Source of the DNA: an uncultured Chloroflexia bacterium
Lineage (GTDB): Bacteria; Chloroflexota; Limnocylindria; Limnocylindrales; CSP1-4
Length of the DNA: 64,000 nt
Reading direction: 5' to 3'
Assembly: GCA_963819655.1 (NCBI GenBank)
Contig: CAWFXA010000002.1
Span: 576,001 to 640,000, forward strand
The translations under genes were made by a program, and so were the position numbers. The notes below the pieces were generated by a model. That model searched no databases and had not been told where the DNA came from. It was given only the letters and a program-made list of their open reading frames with translations. Of this stretch, positions 29,243 through 39,226 are shown one piece after another (position 1 is the stretch's first letter; each line of letters opens with the position of its first letter).

Positions 29243-32200
29243 CTAGAGCGATTCGAGGGGCGGTGGCTCCACGCCCATCTCGTCCCGCATCACAGCGGCG
29301 TAGTGCGCGTACTGCTCCGCGGCCGCGGAATGAGCGCCCGTCACGCGATACAGCCGCAACAGGCATACCTCGATCTGCTCGGCAGTCGGATCAACTTCCA
29401 ACGCTCGACGCGCGATCGTGATGCCGCGGTCGTAATGGCCCGAGGTGAAATCGTCGAGGACGGAACGCTCAACAATCTCTAGGTACGTCGCATGGAGGGT
29501 GTCGCGATACGCGGCCGCCCATTCCTCATACTCAAAGTCGAGCGCGAAACGGCCACGATAGAGCTGCGTTAGGCGATCTACTTCGTCGGGGCTCGGTCGA
29601 CTCGGCAGGTCTCGAAGTAGGTGCCGGCACTCGACACTGCGGCTTGAAACCAGCTCCGAATCAAGCCAGACCACGTCCGAGTCGTGGTGCACATAGCCAG
29701 GAGAAAGGTCGTCGGAGTAGTTCTCTTCAAAGACTCGTCGTAGGAAGTAGACGTCTGGTTCAGGGAGTTGACCGCTACCTCAGGGTCAAGTTCGGGCCAC
29801 AGCGCATCAAGGACTTGGTCACGCGTGGCGATCAGATCGGGGCGCGTGATCAGATAGCTGAGCATGGCCAATACTTTTCGCCGGATTGCTGGAACCAAGG
29901 ACAATTCGGACTCCCGATTTCCAGCGAGATCCGACCTTGATCCTCTACTTTCACAGTATCCGCGAGCCGTCGCGCTAGCGAGCGACCCAAGATTGCCGCG
30001 TCCGGACGTCGGTCGGGCGGAACGGCGAGACGACGAAGACGTGACGATGTCGCTGCGATCGCCGATGGACTCGAGTAGCCGTGCCGCTGGCAGATTGAGA
30101 TCGCGAGTGTCCTGATCCAGCCCCTGACGAAGGGCAGTGCGCCAGCGGTCAGGGTGTAGGGCAGTCGTTTGAGGAGACGAGACTAAACGTTGCCGCCTTC
30201 AGGTTCGGCAGGTGTGGAATCAAATCCTCCGCCAGGAAGCTCAGGTGCCAAGGCGACGATTGGCCGATCACGTCGATGGTTCGATGAGCTCGTCGGGACC
30301 AAGAACGGTCGAAAGGAGGAGTTCGCCCGTTCGTCGGACGCCGGTCGCACCCTGTGCAGCGGCAAAGTCTGTCGAATCGCGCAGCAGTTGGTCGATCGCC
30401 GAGCGATCACCTCGGAGAAGCGCTAGGTGGGCCTTTGTCATTCGAATGCGGACGTGACACCAACGACGGTCGGGAGTCCTGTGGGAAGGCAGTCGACTCC
30501 CGCTCGCACCAGGTGTCGCGATCGCCGTATTGCCATTCTCGCTCAGCTAGGGCCAAGCTGCCGGCGGTCTGCGACTGTGTGGGTTGAATGAGTCACCAAC
30601 TCGATCGAGAACGTCATCGCGACGAGTCGGGACGCAGAGCGAGTCGAAGGCTTCGGCCGCGTCCGCGAAGGCCTCGGTGGGGATGTACCGCGAGGCATCA
30701 GAGGTCATTCCAGAGACAAGGTCAGTGCCTCTGGTTGCTGCCTTAGTCGCAGAAGGATCGACGCCTGCAAGGACACTAGCCGCCGAGTGCTCGATCGCCC
30801 CCGTCGTCCCTTCAAGGGCCTCGAGCGCCGCTTCTGCGGCCTCTTCGAGTGCGTCATCGGTTCGATCCTGAACGAGCGAGTTCAACGCGAGGTTGAGCAT
30901 GGTGACGCCGTAGTGGTGACAGCTGTCACACGTTGTACCTGTGCCATGGCGCGGAGTCGACGATTGATCGCGTCCAGGTCTTCTCGTCTTTGGACGATCA
31001 AGGACGATATCGGCGACCTCCGCTATAGCACGCAAGTTTGGGTCAGCTGTTAACGCGGCCAAGCTTCGTCGACCAAGTCCAGGGCAGTTCTCCGTTTCCG
31101 AAGTTGAAGTTGACGAGCGTGATTAGGTTGAGCAGCGCGTGGTCTCGCTGCATGGGGTCGGTGACGCCCGAGTCGAGGACGGCTTGGCTCGCGGTTATCG
31201 CCGCTTCGTAGTCGCCGTGCTGCATATCGACCCGGCTGATGATCAGGTCGAAGCCGGGCGGTCGCTCGTGCGCCGAGATCGGGCCGATGAACGCCTCGGC
31301 CAAGGCGTATTGGCCATTCCCCATGATCGTCGGGATTGCGCCGGCGACCACGCCGAGCATCGCCTCGATATCGCCCGCCTCGCGATAGTGATGTGCCGCG
31401 ACCTTCCAGTCGGTGGCAGCCGCGGCCGCCGCCGTCCTGCGGTGGAGTGCCGCGACGGCGTCGGGCCCGTCCATCGACCGAAAGCGCGCCTCGAGGAACC
31501 CGCGAACCAGCGGGTGGTAGCGCTGGTGGGTCCGCGGACCGCCGGACAGGCGGCTGAGTAGCGTCAGACGTTCTGCGGCTGCCGTCAGTCGAGCGACATC
31601 GGCCGAGTCACGGCCCGACGCGACTTCGGCGAGCTCCGGTGTCACCACCTGCAGGATCGAGGTCTGCATCAGGAAGCGCTGCAGATCCTCCTCGAGGTCT
31701 CCGACGACCTCCTCGGCGAGATAGTCATACAGCTCGTGGTCCGCTCCGGTGAGAGTCCGGACGAAATGGCGGATCTCGGCCGGCGACCGATCGCGCAGCG
31801 CCGCCTGGACGAGTTGGAGCGATGCGATCCATCCCTCGGTGCGCACGGCGAGGTCGGCGAGGACATCGGGATCGATGCGCCGGCCATACGTCTCGGTGAA
31901 CAGCTGGGCGGTTTCCGCAACATCGAAGCGCAGCTGGTCGGTGCCGAGTTCGGCGACATCGCCCACGGCGCGCAGCTTCGAGAGCGGGATCGCGGGCGCA
32001 CGACGACTGGCGAAGACCAGTGTCAGGCGCTCCGGCGCGCCACCTACGAGTTCGCGCGCGAGGTACCGGACATCTGCCGCATCGTCGACCAGGTGGAAGT
32101 CGTCGAATACCAGGGCCGCGCCGCCCACGGCGATCGACGGCAGCTCGCGAATGAAGCTCTCGACCGCTGCTTCGCGTGACGGGCCGCCGCCGCCGGCCAC

Positions 32201-32713
32201 CTTCGCAAGGAGGTCCGCTGTCGCCGACGCAAAGCCAGGCTCGTGTTCGCGACCTGCGGCGATCAGGTGGTGGAGCAACGTCACCCAGTCGCGATCGTCG
32301 GGGTCGAGGCGATACCAGAGAGTCCGCAACCGGCTGCGTCGAGAGAAGTCGGCCAGCAGCGTCGTCTTGCCGTAGCCCGCATCCGCGAGGATCAGGACGA
32401 CGCGACCGTGGATCTTGACCCGGAGCCAGTCGAGCAGGCGCGGTCGTTCGAGCGTCTCGTCGCGGAGCGCCGGACGCTGGACCTTCGCGATCTGGATCGG
32501 GTAGCCGCCGCCTTCGTCGCTCAGGTGGGCACTCCTGGACGGCTGCGTCAGGGCCGGGCGACCCGAGTCTACAGAGGTCGGCGCGGGCCCCATGACCGAC
32601 CTGAGAGACGGGATCGTGCCGGGCCGCGCGAACGATATCGACCCCTCGCGTGGGGTGTCAACGGAGCCGATCGTGGGGCGGTCGGGCATGGGCGCCATGG
32701 TGGCGCCCTGCAC
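29243..32713 (-). CDS. MalT-like STAND ATPase with C-terminal wHTH/BTAD (SARP-type) regulator, heavily frameshifted 29.7-31.1 kb
   Basis: AKVQRPALR..LERPRLL, Walker A ADAGYGKTTL, Walker B LVFDDFH, RTEGW, YDYLAEEV, RYHPL; C-terminal TRDQVLDALWPE and LYRGRFALDFEYEEWA. Confidence 0.78.
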
Positions 32714-32736
32714 TCATCCGGCGATTAGCTGCGGGG

Positions 32737-32940
32737 TCAGCCCTCGTACTCGAAGCCGATCTTGAGCTCGACCCGATACTCGACGATCTCGCTGTCCTCG
32801 ACGACAGCGCTCGACTTCACGACCTCGACCGTCTGGATGTTGCGGACCGTCTTCGAGGCCGTCGCCACCGCCTGACGCGCGGCGTCACTCCACGATCGTG
32901 GGCTCGTCCCGACCATCTCGCGGATGATGATGACGCCCAC
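32737..32940 (-). CDS. Dodecin family protein
   Basis: EMVGTSPRSWSDAARQAV..ASKTVRNI..EYRVELKIGF; GGAGG RBS. Confidence 0.9.
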   Translation of the reverse strand: MGVIIIREMVGTSPRSWSDAARQAVATASKTVRNIQTVEVVKSSAVVEDSEIVEYRVELKIGFEYEG

Positions 32941-33050
32941 GGTGCACCTCCCAGGATGTCGGATCGGTCGGGGTTCGAACGAGGGCCCATCATGCCACGA
33001 GGCCGACCCGTCGCCGGGCTGGCCTCGTGGATCACTGTTCGACGCGGGGA

Positions 33051-33980
33051 CTACCCTTCGTCGTCGGGGAGCAGCGGTCGCAGGGCGACCGTGTACAGCT
33101 TGCTGTCGGTGCCGCGTAGGACGAGTCCGTTGAAGCCGCCCTCGAAGTCGTTGACGTCGAGCAGGGCGATCTCATCGGTCGTCATCGTCTTGTGCGGGAA
33201 CTGCAGACCGTTGGGGTCGGCGTCGGGCTTGAAGTCGGCCACGGTCAGGTCCGTCCACGGCCAGTCGCGGATATCCGGGGCGGCCATGCCGGGGCTGTCG
33301 ATCAGCGTCGCACGGTATGCCTCGGGGGTGTAGGTGTCGGTCGCGACCGACCCACCCTGGTCGAAATCGGCCAGTCGGTCGGCGAGCTTCTTGAACGTCG
33401 TCCGCGCCGCGGCGTCGGGGCTGCTCGGGTCGTCGAAGCCCAAGGCGTAGATCGAGACGGTCTTCTTGATCCCCCCAGCATCGACCGTGAAGATCGTCGT
33501 CCCGACGTCGGTGACCATGGGGTTGTCGTAGTTCGGGCGCGCCGCGGCGAGCCCCCCCTCGCCGAGGGCGAGCACGAGAAGCTCCTGGATCTGCTCCTCG
33601 CTGAGCTTGGCGGTCCGCATCGGATTGAGGGTCATCACGGATCCCTGCGGGGCCGGACCCTCGAGCATCCCGTTGCGGAAGATGACGGTCCCGTCGCCGT
33701 ACAGCGTGAAGGGCGGCGCCTGCGACGCGGAGTAGCCGGCGATCATGAACCCGCCACCCTCGTCGTAGCGGAGGAGGACGTCGGTCGCACCTGTTTTGTG
33801 TTCGACCGCGCCGGCGACGGGCGTCCCGCTCGGCGCGTTGCTCGGTGCGGCGGAAGGGCCGCTGCTCGGCGGCGTCGACGGTGCCGGTGACTGGGCCGCA
33901 CCGGAACTGCAGGCGAGCAGCGTGAGGGCGAGGACGGGTGTCAGGGCAAGGGGCGCCAGACGGCGCGGATGGTGTGACAT
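33051..33980 (-). CDS. Hypothetical lipoprotein
   Basis: Signal peptide with LLAC lipobox and Ser/Pro linker. Confidence 0.75.
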   Translation of the reverse strand: MSHHPRRLAPLALTPVLALTLLACSSGAAQSPAPSTPPSSGPSAAPSNAPSGTPVAGAVEHKTGATDVLLRYDEGGGFMIAGYSASQAPPFTLYGDGTVIFRNGMLEGPAPQGSVMTLNPMRTAKLSEEQIQELLVLALGEGGLAAARPNYDNPMVTDVGTTIFTVDAGGIKKTVSIYALGFDDPSSPDAAARTTFKKLADRLADFDQGGSVATDTYTPEAYRATLIDSPGMAAPDIRDWPWTDLTVADFKPDADPNGLQFPHKTMTTDEIALLDVNDFEGGFNGLVLRGTDSKLYTVALRPLLPDDEG

Positions 33981-34259
33981 GGCCGACGGACGTTCCGACC
34001 GCCGGGGAGGTTCCGTCCTGACGATCTCGGCGTCGGTCGGGTACCAGCCGACGGAACGCGCATCTCGCGCGGGTCGGGAATCGCGAAATCCGTATCCAAC
34101 CCCTTGACGGCGAGCGTATCTTCTCGGCTATGACCCGGGCTCCGCCCGGACCACACCGGGCGCGCGCCCCCCAGATGCCCAGCGCTCTCGGTTCAAGGGG
34201 TCCGGGTGCCTGCGCGCCCGGGCACCGTCACGGCGTCCGAGCGTGGAGGGTGTTGGAGG

Positions 34260-34565
34260 GTGTACCAGGACCGTAGCTTGACCTGTCGCGATTGCGCCGA
34301 GGAATTCGTCTTCTCGGCGGGCGAGCAGGCCTTCTATGCCAGCAAGAGTCTGGTCAACGATCCGCAGCGCTGCCCGTCGTGTCGCGCCGCGGCCAAGCGG
34401 GCCCGCAACAACGATGGGCCGCGCGAGTTCCATGCGGCGGTGTGTGGGGCCTGCGGGGGTCAGGCCGTCGTGCCGTTCGCGCCACGGAACGATCGGCCGG
34501 TGTACTGCAGCTCGTGCTTCGACAAGGTTCGCGCGGGCACGTTGGACACGCCTGCGCACGTCTGA
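34260..34565 (+). CDS. Zinc-ribbon / CxxC-x17-CxxC domain protein
   Basis: DRSLTCRDC..FVFSAGEQAFY..PQRCPSCR and CGACG..VPF.P...RPVYCSSCF. Confidence 0.9.
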   Translation: MYQDRSLTCRDCAEEFVFSAGEQAFYASKSLVNDPQRCPSCRAAAKRARNNDGPREFHAAVCGACGGQAVVPFAPRNDRPVYCSSCFDKVRAGTLDTPAHV

Positions 34566-34583
34566 CGCACATCTGAGCGCGCC

Positions 34584-35426
34584 ATGGCCGACCCACTCGT
34601 GACCACGGGAGCGCCGCCGGCGACCTTCGACGCGCAACCGGCAGTCTCGCCTGCTGGCCAGATCCTTCGCGATGTCGCCCGGGGCGGGATCGCTGGTGTC
34701 ATCGTGGGGATCTTCGTCGCGGGCCTCGGCGGTCGGCTGGTCATGCGGCTGGCGACGATCCTCCACGAGGACACCGTCGGTCTGAGGACCGAGAACGGCG
34801 AGGTGATCGGGAACATCAGCTTCAGCGGGACGATGGCGCTGATCACGTTCAGCGGCCTTGGCATGGGCCTTGTCGCCGGAACGATCTGGGTGATCGTCAA
34901 CCCGTGGATCCCGGGCCGGGGGCTGGCCCGCGCTATCTTGACGGCGATCGCTGCGATAGCCCTCGGAATACCGCCTCTCGTCCAGCGGACGAACCCGGAC
35001 TTCGCCCTTCTCGGCTACGACCCGATCGTGGTCGTGCTTTTGATCGGGCTGGTCGGCCTCGTCGGGTTCACGATAGCGCTCGTGGACGGCGCCCTTGACG
35101 CCCGTCTGCCGCCCCCGCGCCCGGGGATCAGGATCTCGACGACGGTCTATCTGATCGTCACGCTGCTGGGCCTGGTCCTGATCCTCCCCCTCGTTGTGTC
35201 GGTCCTGCTGCAACAGTCCGACTACCGCGCTCCGATCCGCGCCGGTTGGGCGCTGGCGGTCGTTGGTATATGCACCTTGATCTGGTGGATCGTTCGCGCC
35301 AGGGGTCGATCGGCACCGCCGAACCCACTGCGTGTGGCCGCATCGGTGTCGCTGCTGGTCGCAGTCGTTCTCGGACTGGTCACGAGCCTGCCGCACATCA
35401 TGGGTGCGATCGGGCTGCCCCGATAA
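34584..35426 (+). CDS. Hypothetical membrane protein
   Basis: About 7 TM helices; GLGGRLVMR, TENGEVIG. Confidence 0.7.
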   Translation: MADPLVTTGAPPATFDAQPAVSPAGQILRDVARGGIAGVIVGIFVAGLGGRLVMRLATILHEDTVGLRTENGEVIGNISFSGTMALITFSGLGMGLVAGTIWVIVNPWIPGRGLARAILTAIAAIALGIPPLVQRTNPDFALLGYDPIVVVLLIGLVGLVGFTIALVDGALDARLPPPRPGIRISTTVYLIVTLLGLVLILPLVVSVLLQQSDYRAPIRAGWALAVVGICTLIWWIVRARGRSAPPNPLRVAASVSLLVAVVLGLVTSLPHIMGAIGLPR

Positions 35427-35442
35427 GCGCTCGGCGCGGGTC

Positions 35443-35892
35443 TCAGATCCGCGTGTAGGTGAGGTGGAAGTCGAGCTTCCAGGCGGACCCATCGTCCGAC
35501 GTCTCCCAGCGGCCCTGGATCGTGTTCCCGTCCTCACTGAACTCGCCGATCCAGCGCTGCCAGAAGTCCGACCGCGGCCCGCTCGGCTCCCGTGTGAGCG
35601 TCCACGAGTGGCCGTCCAGGCTCATGGTGTAGATGCGCGACACGCCCCGCAAATCGAAGTAGTGCATGACGTACCCCTCGCCGTCGTCGGCGGGCCCGAT
35701 GACGGCGAGGGTGTTGGGAAACTCCTCCCGCTCGGTGGTCGAACGCTGGACCAGGAACCCGCCTCCGACGAGCCACTCGAAGCCGGTCCATCCGGATATC
35801 TCCATCGGCTCGTCGAGGGTCATCGTTCCCGCGACATTCCACTCGCCGACGAATGAATCCAGATCCCTGAGCGCATCACGCGCGTCGGGCAT
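35443..35892 (-). CDS. Hypothetical beta-barrel protein (DUF1579-like)
   Basis: LDSFVGEW, FEWL.GG.FL, YFD.RGVSR, GRWETSDDG..W..DF..TY. Confidence 0.65.
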   Translation of the reverse strand: MPDARDALRDLDSFVGEWNVAGTMTLDEPMEISGWTGFEWLVGGGFLVQRSTTEREEFPNTLAVIGPADDGEGYVMHYFDLRGVSRIYTMSLDGHSWTLTREPSGPRSDFWQRWIGEFSEDGNTIQGRWETSDDGSAWKLDFHLTYTRI

Positions 35893-35934
35893 CGTTCCTC
35901 TTCTACGGTTGTCAAGGGACCGCCGTTGGGATCC

Positions 35935-36195
35935 TCAGACCGCGCGACGCCGCCCGCTGATCCCCCGATAGACCGCCACGACGATGACTGCGCCGACCAC
36001 GGAAACCACGATGCTTTCGATATTGATACCCGTCACGTTGGCGAGGTTGAGAACGGTGCCTGCCAGGTATCCACCGACGACTGCTCCGACGATGCCCAGC
36101 ACGACGGTCCCGATCACGCCCTCCCGGCCGCCCATGATCATGTTCGTGATGAACCCGGCGATCGCACCGAGCACGATCCACGCGATGATGCCCAC
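35935..36195 (-). CDS. GlsB/YeaQ/YmgE stress-response membrane protein
   Basis: MGIIAWIVLGAIAG..LGIVGAVVGG..SVVGAVIV; AGGAGG RBS. Confidence 0.9.
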   Translation of the reverse strand: MGIIAWIVLGAIAGFITNMIMGGREGVIGTVVLGIVGAVVGGYLAGTVLNLANVTGINIESIVVSVVGAVIVVAVYRGISGRRRAV

Positions 36196-36312
36196 CGCTA
36201 CCTCCTAGCGACAGATCGGCGCCACGGTCGAATGACCACGGCATTGGGCCGCCTGATCCGTCTCGGGGCGATGGTACCCCGCCCGCACCTTCGCTCAAGA
36301 TGCCTTGTCCTC

Positions 36313-37665
36313 CTAGTTCACCTCCGCGAACCGTTCGCCGGCGTAGGAGACGAACCGGGTCTGGCGCTTCTTGAACCAGAGCTGGACCTCGCCGGTCGGG
36401 CCGTTGCGGTGCTTCGCCAGCTTCAGGTTGACGACCTCCCCCTCGGTGTCCTGATCCTCCGTGCCGCCGCGCTCCTTGTCCCGCCACAGGAAGAGGACGA
36501 GGTCGGCGTCCTGCTCGATCGCGCCCGACTCGCGGAGGTCGGACAGCCTCGGCTCCTTCGACTCGCGCATCTCGGGCTGACGTGACAGCTGCGACAGCGC
36601 GATGACCGGCACCGACAGCTCGCGCGCGAGGGCCTTCAGGCCTCGCGAGATCTCGGACACTTCTTGGACGCGGTTGGCGTCGCGGTTCGTGGTGGTCGCC
36701 TGCATCAGCTGGAGGTAGTCGACGACCACGAGGTCGAGGCCGCTCTCGGCCTGGAGCCGGCGCGCCTTCGTCCGCAGCTCCATCGCCGAGATGTTCGGCG
36801 TGTCGTCGATATACATCGGCGCCTCGGAGAGCGAGTTCATCGCCGGGGCGATCCGCGCGAAGTCGAGCTCCTCGAGAAAGCCCGAGCGGAGACGCTGGGA
36901 GTCGATGTTGGCGACGCTCGACAACAGCCGCAGGACCAGCTGCTCTTTGCTCATCTCGAGGCTGAACACGCCGACGCTCTTGCGCTCCTTCACGGCCGCG
37001 TGCTCGGCGATGTTGAGCGCGAAGCTCGTCTTGCCGACCGACGGCCTGGCGGCGACGACGATCAGGTCGCTCGGCTGGAGCCCGGTCGTCAGGGCATCGA
37101 GGTCGGTGAAGCCGGTCCGGACGCCGGAGATCTCACCGCGGTGGGCGTGCAGGTAGTCGAGTCGATCGTAGGCGTCGTGGAGGAGCGCTTTGAGCGGGCT
37201 GAACCCGGCATCGATGCGCTTCTGGCTGACGGCGAACAGCTCTGCCTCGGCCCGATCGATCGCCTCCTGGATCTCGGCCGGGTCCTCGTAGCCGATGCCG
37301 GCGATGCGCCCGGCCGCCCCGATCAGGTTCCGAAGGACGGCCTTGCGCTCGACGATGCGCGCGTACTGAGCGGCGTGGACAGCGGTCGGCGTCTCGTTGC
37401 TGAGGCTCGACAGATACGCTCGGCCGCCGATCGCCTCGAGGTCCTCGCGCCGCTCGAGCGCCTCGGCCACCGTGACGATGTCGATCGGCTCGCGCCGCTC
37501 GAAGAGGTCGAGGATCGCCGCGTAGATCCGCCCGTTTGCCTGGCGGTAGAAGTCCTCCGGACGGAGGAACTCGGCCACCTCCACGACGGCATCGCGGTCG
37601 ATGAGGATGGCGCCGAGCACGGACTGCTCGGCTTCGAGACTTTGCGGCGGCAGGCGGTCGATCAT
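36313..37665 (-). CDS. dnaB: Replicative DNA helicase
   Basis: PPQSLEAEQSVLG, AARPSVGKT, FSLEMS, VDYLQL, LSQLSR, DLRESGAIEQDAD, KHRNGPTG; no intein. Confidence 0.97.
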   Translation of the reverse strand: MIDRLPPQSLEAEQSVLGAILIDRDAVVEVAEFLRPEDFYRQANGRIYAAILDLFERREPIDIVTVAEALERREDLEAIGGRAYLSSLSNETPTAVHAAQYARIVERKAVLRNLIGAAGRIAGIGYEDPAEIQEAIDRAEAELFAVSQKRIDAGFSPLKALLHDAYDRLDYLHAHRGEISGVRTGFTDLDALTTGLQPSDLIVVAARPSVGKTSFALNIAEHAAVKERKSVGVFSLEMSKEQLVLRLLSSVANIDSQRLRSGFLEELDFARIAPAMNSLSEAPMYIDDTPNISAMELRTKARRLQAESGLDLVVVDYLQLMQATTTNRDANRVQEVSEISRGLKALARELSVPVIALSQLSRQPEMRESKEPRLSDLRESGAIEQDADLVLFLWRDKERGGTEDQDTEGEVVNLKLAKHRNGPTGEVQLWFKKRQTRFVSYAGERFAEVN

Positions 37666-37733
37666 CGGTCCCCGTGATGAATGCGAAACGAAGACCCCAC
37701 TGTCGCGGAGCGACACATCAATCGGCTAGGGCC

Positions 37734-37800
37734 TTATCCCCGAACCCCGTCCACCACTTGCGTCCCGCCGGTTAGTGGAGTGTGGGAAACATGTGGACAG
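37734..37800. promoter_or_regulatory. Degenerate DnaA-box-like sequences upstream of dnaB
   Basis: TTATCCCCG (37734), TGTGGGAAA (37781), TGTGGACAG (37792) versus TTATCCACA consensus. Confidence 0.35.
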
Positions 37801-37959
37801 CCCCTCGAACCGAGAATCGGCGCCGGGCGAAAAGAGAATCGGGTCGTTGGGCGTCCGAGGCCAAGGCGACGATCGAGCACCGGATCGAGCGCACCATAGT
37901 GCGTGAGCGAGGCGCGGAGGTCGTCAACGCCGGCAGTCGGGCGTCCAGCGACCCGCCCG

Positions 37960-38610
37960 CTAATCGAGCTTTCTAATGACCCCGATCAATTTGCCTTGAA
38001 TTCGGACGTCGTCGTAGAACTGGGCGGGATACTCCGGGTTTGCCGGCTGGAGCCGGATCTTGTCCTTCTCCTTGAAGAAGCGCTTGAGGGTGACCGCGTT
38101 CTCCTCGACCTGGGCGACGACGATGTCGCCGTTGCGGGCGGTCGACTGTGGCCGGATGAGCACGAAGTCCCCATCGGCGATATGGGCCTCGATCATCGAG
38201 TCGCCACGGACGCGAAGGACGTAGGCGTCTCCGCTCGGGGCGAGCATGTCCGGGACCGCGAGGGTCTCCGAGGCGTCCTGATATGCCTCGATCGGGCCGC
38301 CGGCCGCGATCTCGCCGATGATCGGGACGACGCGCGAATCCGCGGTGGTCGCCTGCGGGACGAGCTCGCTCGAGAGGCCTAATCGGATGGCGGCCGTGGG
38401 CGTCAGCCGGATGGCCCGACTCTGCCCTTCGACGCGCTCGAGATAGCCGTCCCGAGCAAGCATCTGGAGGTGGTGGTGGACCGCCGAGGTCGAGGCAAGG
38501 CCGACCGCCTGCATGATCTCGCGGACCGAGGGCGGATACCCCCGCGCGCGCAGCGTGGCGGCGATGAAATCGAGGATCCTGACCTTGCGTTCGGCGTCGT
38601 GCTTCGTCAC
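37960..38610 (-). CDS. lexA: SOS repressor LexA
   Basis: GYPPSVREI, STSAVHHHL, IAAG cleavage site, VRGDSM, TLKRF; AAGGAGG before GTG 38610. Confidence 0.96.
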   Translation of the reverse strand: MTKHDAERKVRILDFIAATLRARGYPPSVREIMQAVGLASTSAVHHHLQMLARDGYLERVEGQSRAIRLTPTAAIRLGLSSELVPQATTADSRVVPIIGEIAAGGPIEAYQDASETLAVPDMLAPSGDAYVLRVRGDSMIEAHIADGDFVLIRPQSTARNGDIVVAQVEENAVTLKRFFKEKDKIRLQPANPEYPAQFYDDVRIQGKLIGVIRKLD

Positions 38611-38629
38611 TCGCGCCTCCTTGTGAGCC

Positions 38630-38657
38630 ATCATACCGAACGAACGTTCGATGTCAA
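38630..38657 (-). promoter_or_regulatory. lexA promoter TTGACA-N16-TATGAT with SOS box GAAC-N4-GTTC (38638-38649) in the spacer
   Basis: Read directly; matches the Gram-positive/Chloroflexota LexA box. Confidence 0.85.
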
Positions 38658-38728
38658 GGTCGCGGTCGGCGGGCGGGCCCCGGATCGCTGGTAGACTCCC
38701 GTCCCGAACCGAGGAGGGCACGTCGAGC

Positions 38729-39226
38729 ATGGCCAGCAAGAGCCGCACAGGACGAGCGTCCGTGGGTCGTCTCGTGTCGCTCCTCGCCTTCCTGCCCGTC
38801 GCCAGCCGCGTGCCCGACTACGCCCGGCTCATCGGTGCCCTCGTGATCGATGAGCGCATGCCGGCCGACCGCAAGGTCCTGCTCGGCGCGGCGGCCGGAT
38901 ACCTCGTCATCGGGCGCGACCTCATCCCGGACACGGTCCCGCTCATCGGCGGCCTCGACGACCTCGTCGTCGTGGTCCTCGCGGTCGACCTGTTCCTCGA
39001 CGGCGTGCCGCCCGAGCTGCTCCAGGAGAAGCTCGACGATCTGGCCATCGATCGCGCGTCCTTCGACCGCGACGTCGCCCAGATCCGGCGCTTGACGCCC
39101 GGCCCGGTCCGTCGGACCATCCGCCGCATCCCCGGCCTCGTGACGGCCGCCGGACGCGCCATCGAACGATCGGGCGTGCTGCCTCGTGCGCGCGCCTGGA
39201 TCAACAAGGAGGGTTCCAGCACTTGA
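38729..39226 (+). CDS. YkvA/DUF1232 family protein
   Basis: GYLVIGRDLIPDTVPLIGGLDD. Confidence 0.85.
   Translation: MASKSRTGRASVGRLVSLLAFLPVASRVPDYARLIGALVIDERMPADRKVLLGAAAGYLVIGRDLIPDTVPLIGGLDDLVVVVLAVDLFLDGVPPELLQEKLDDLAIDRASFDRDVAQIRRLTPGPVRRTIRRIPGLVTAAGRAIERSGVLPRARAWINKEGSST

Noticed and set aside
28100-31100. Lower-GC stretch as a mobile island
   Set aside because: No integrase, transposase or terminal repeats, and the boundaries fall inside the HD-GYP and STAND genes
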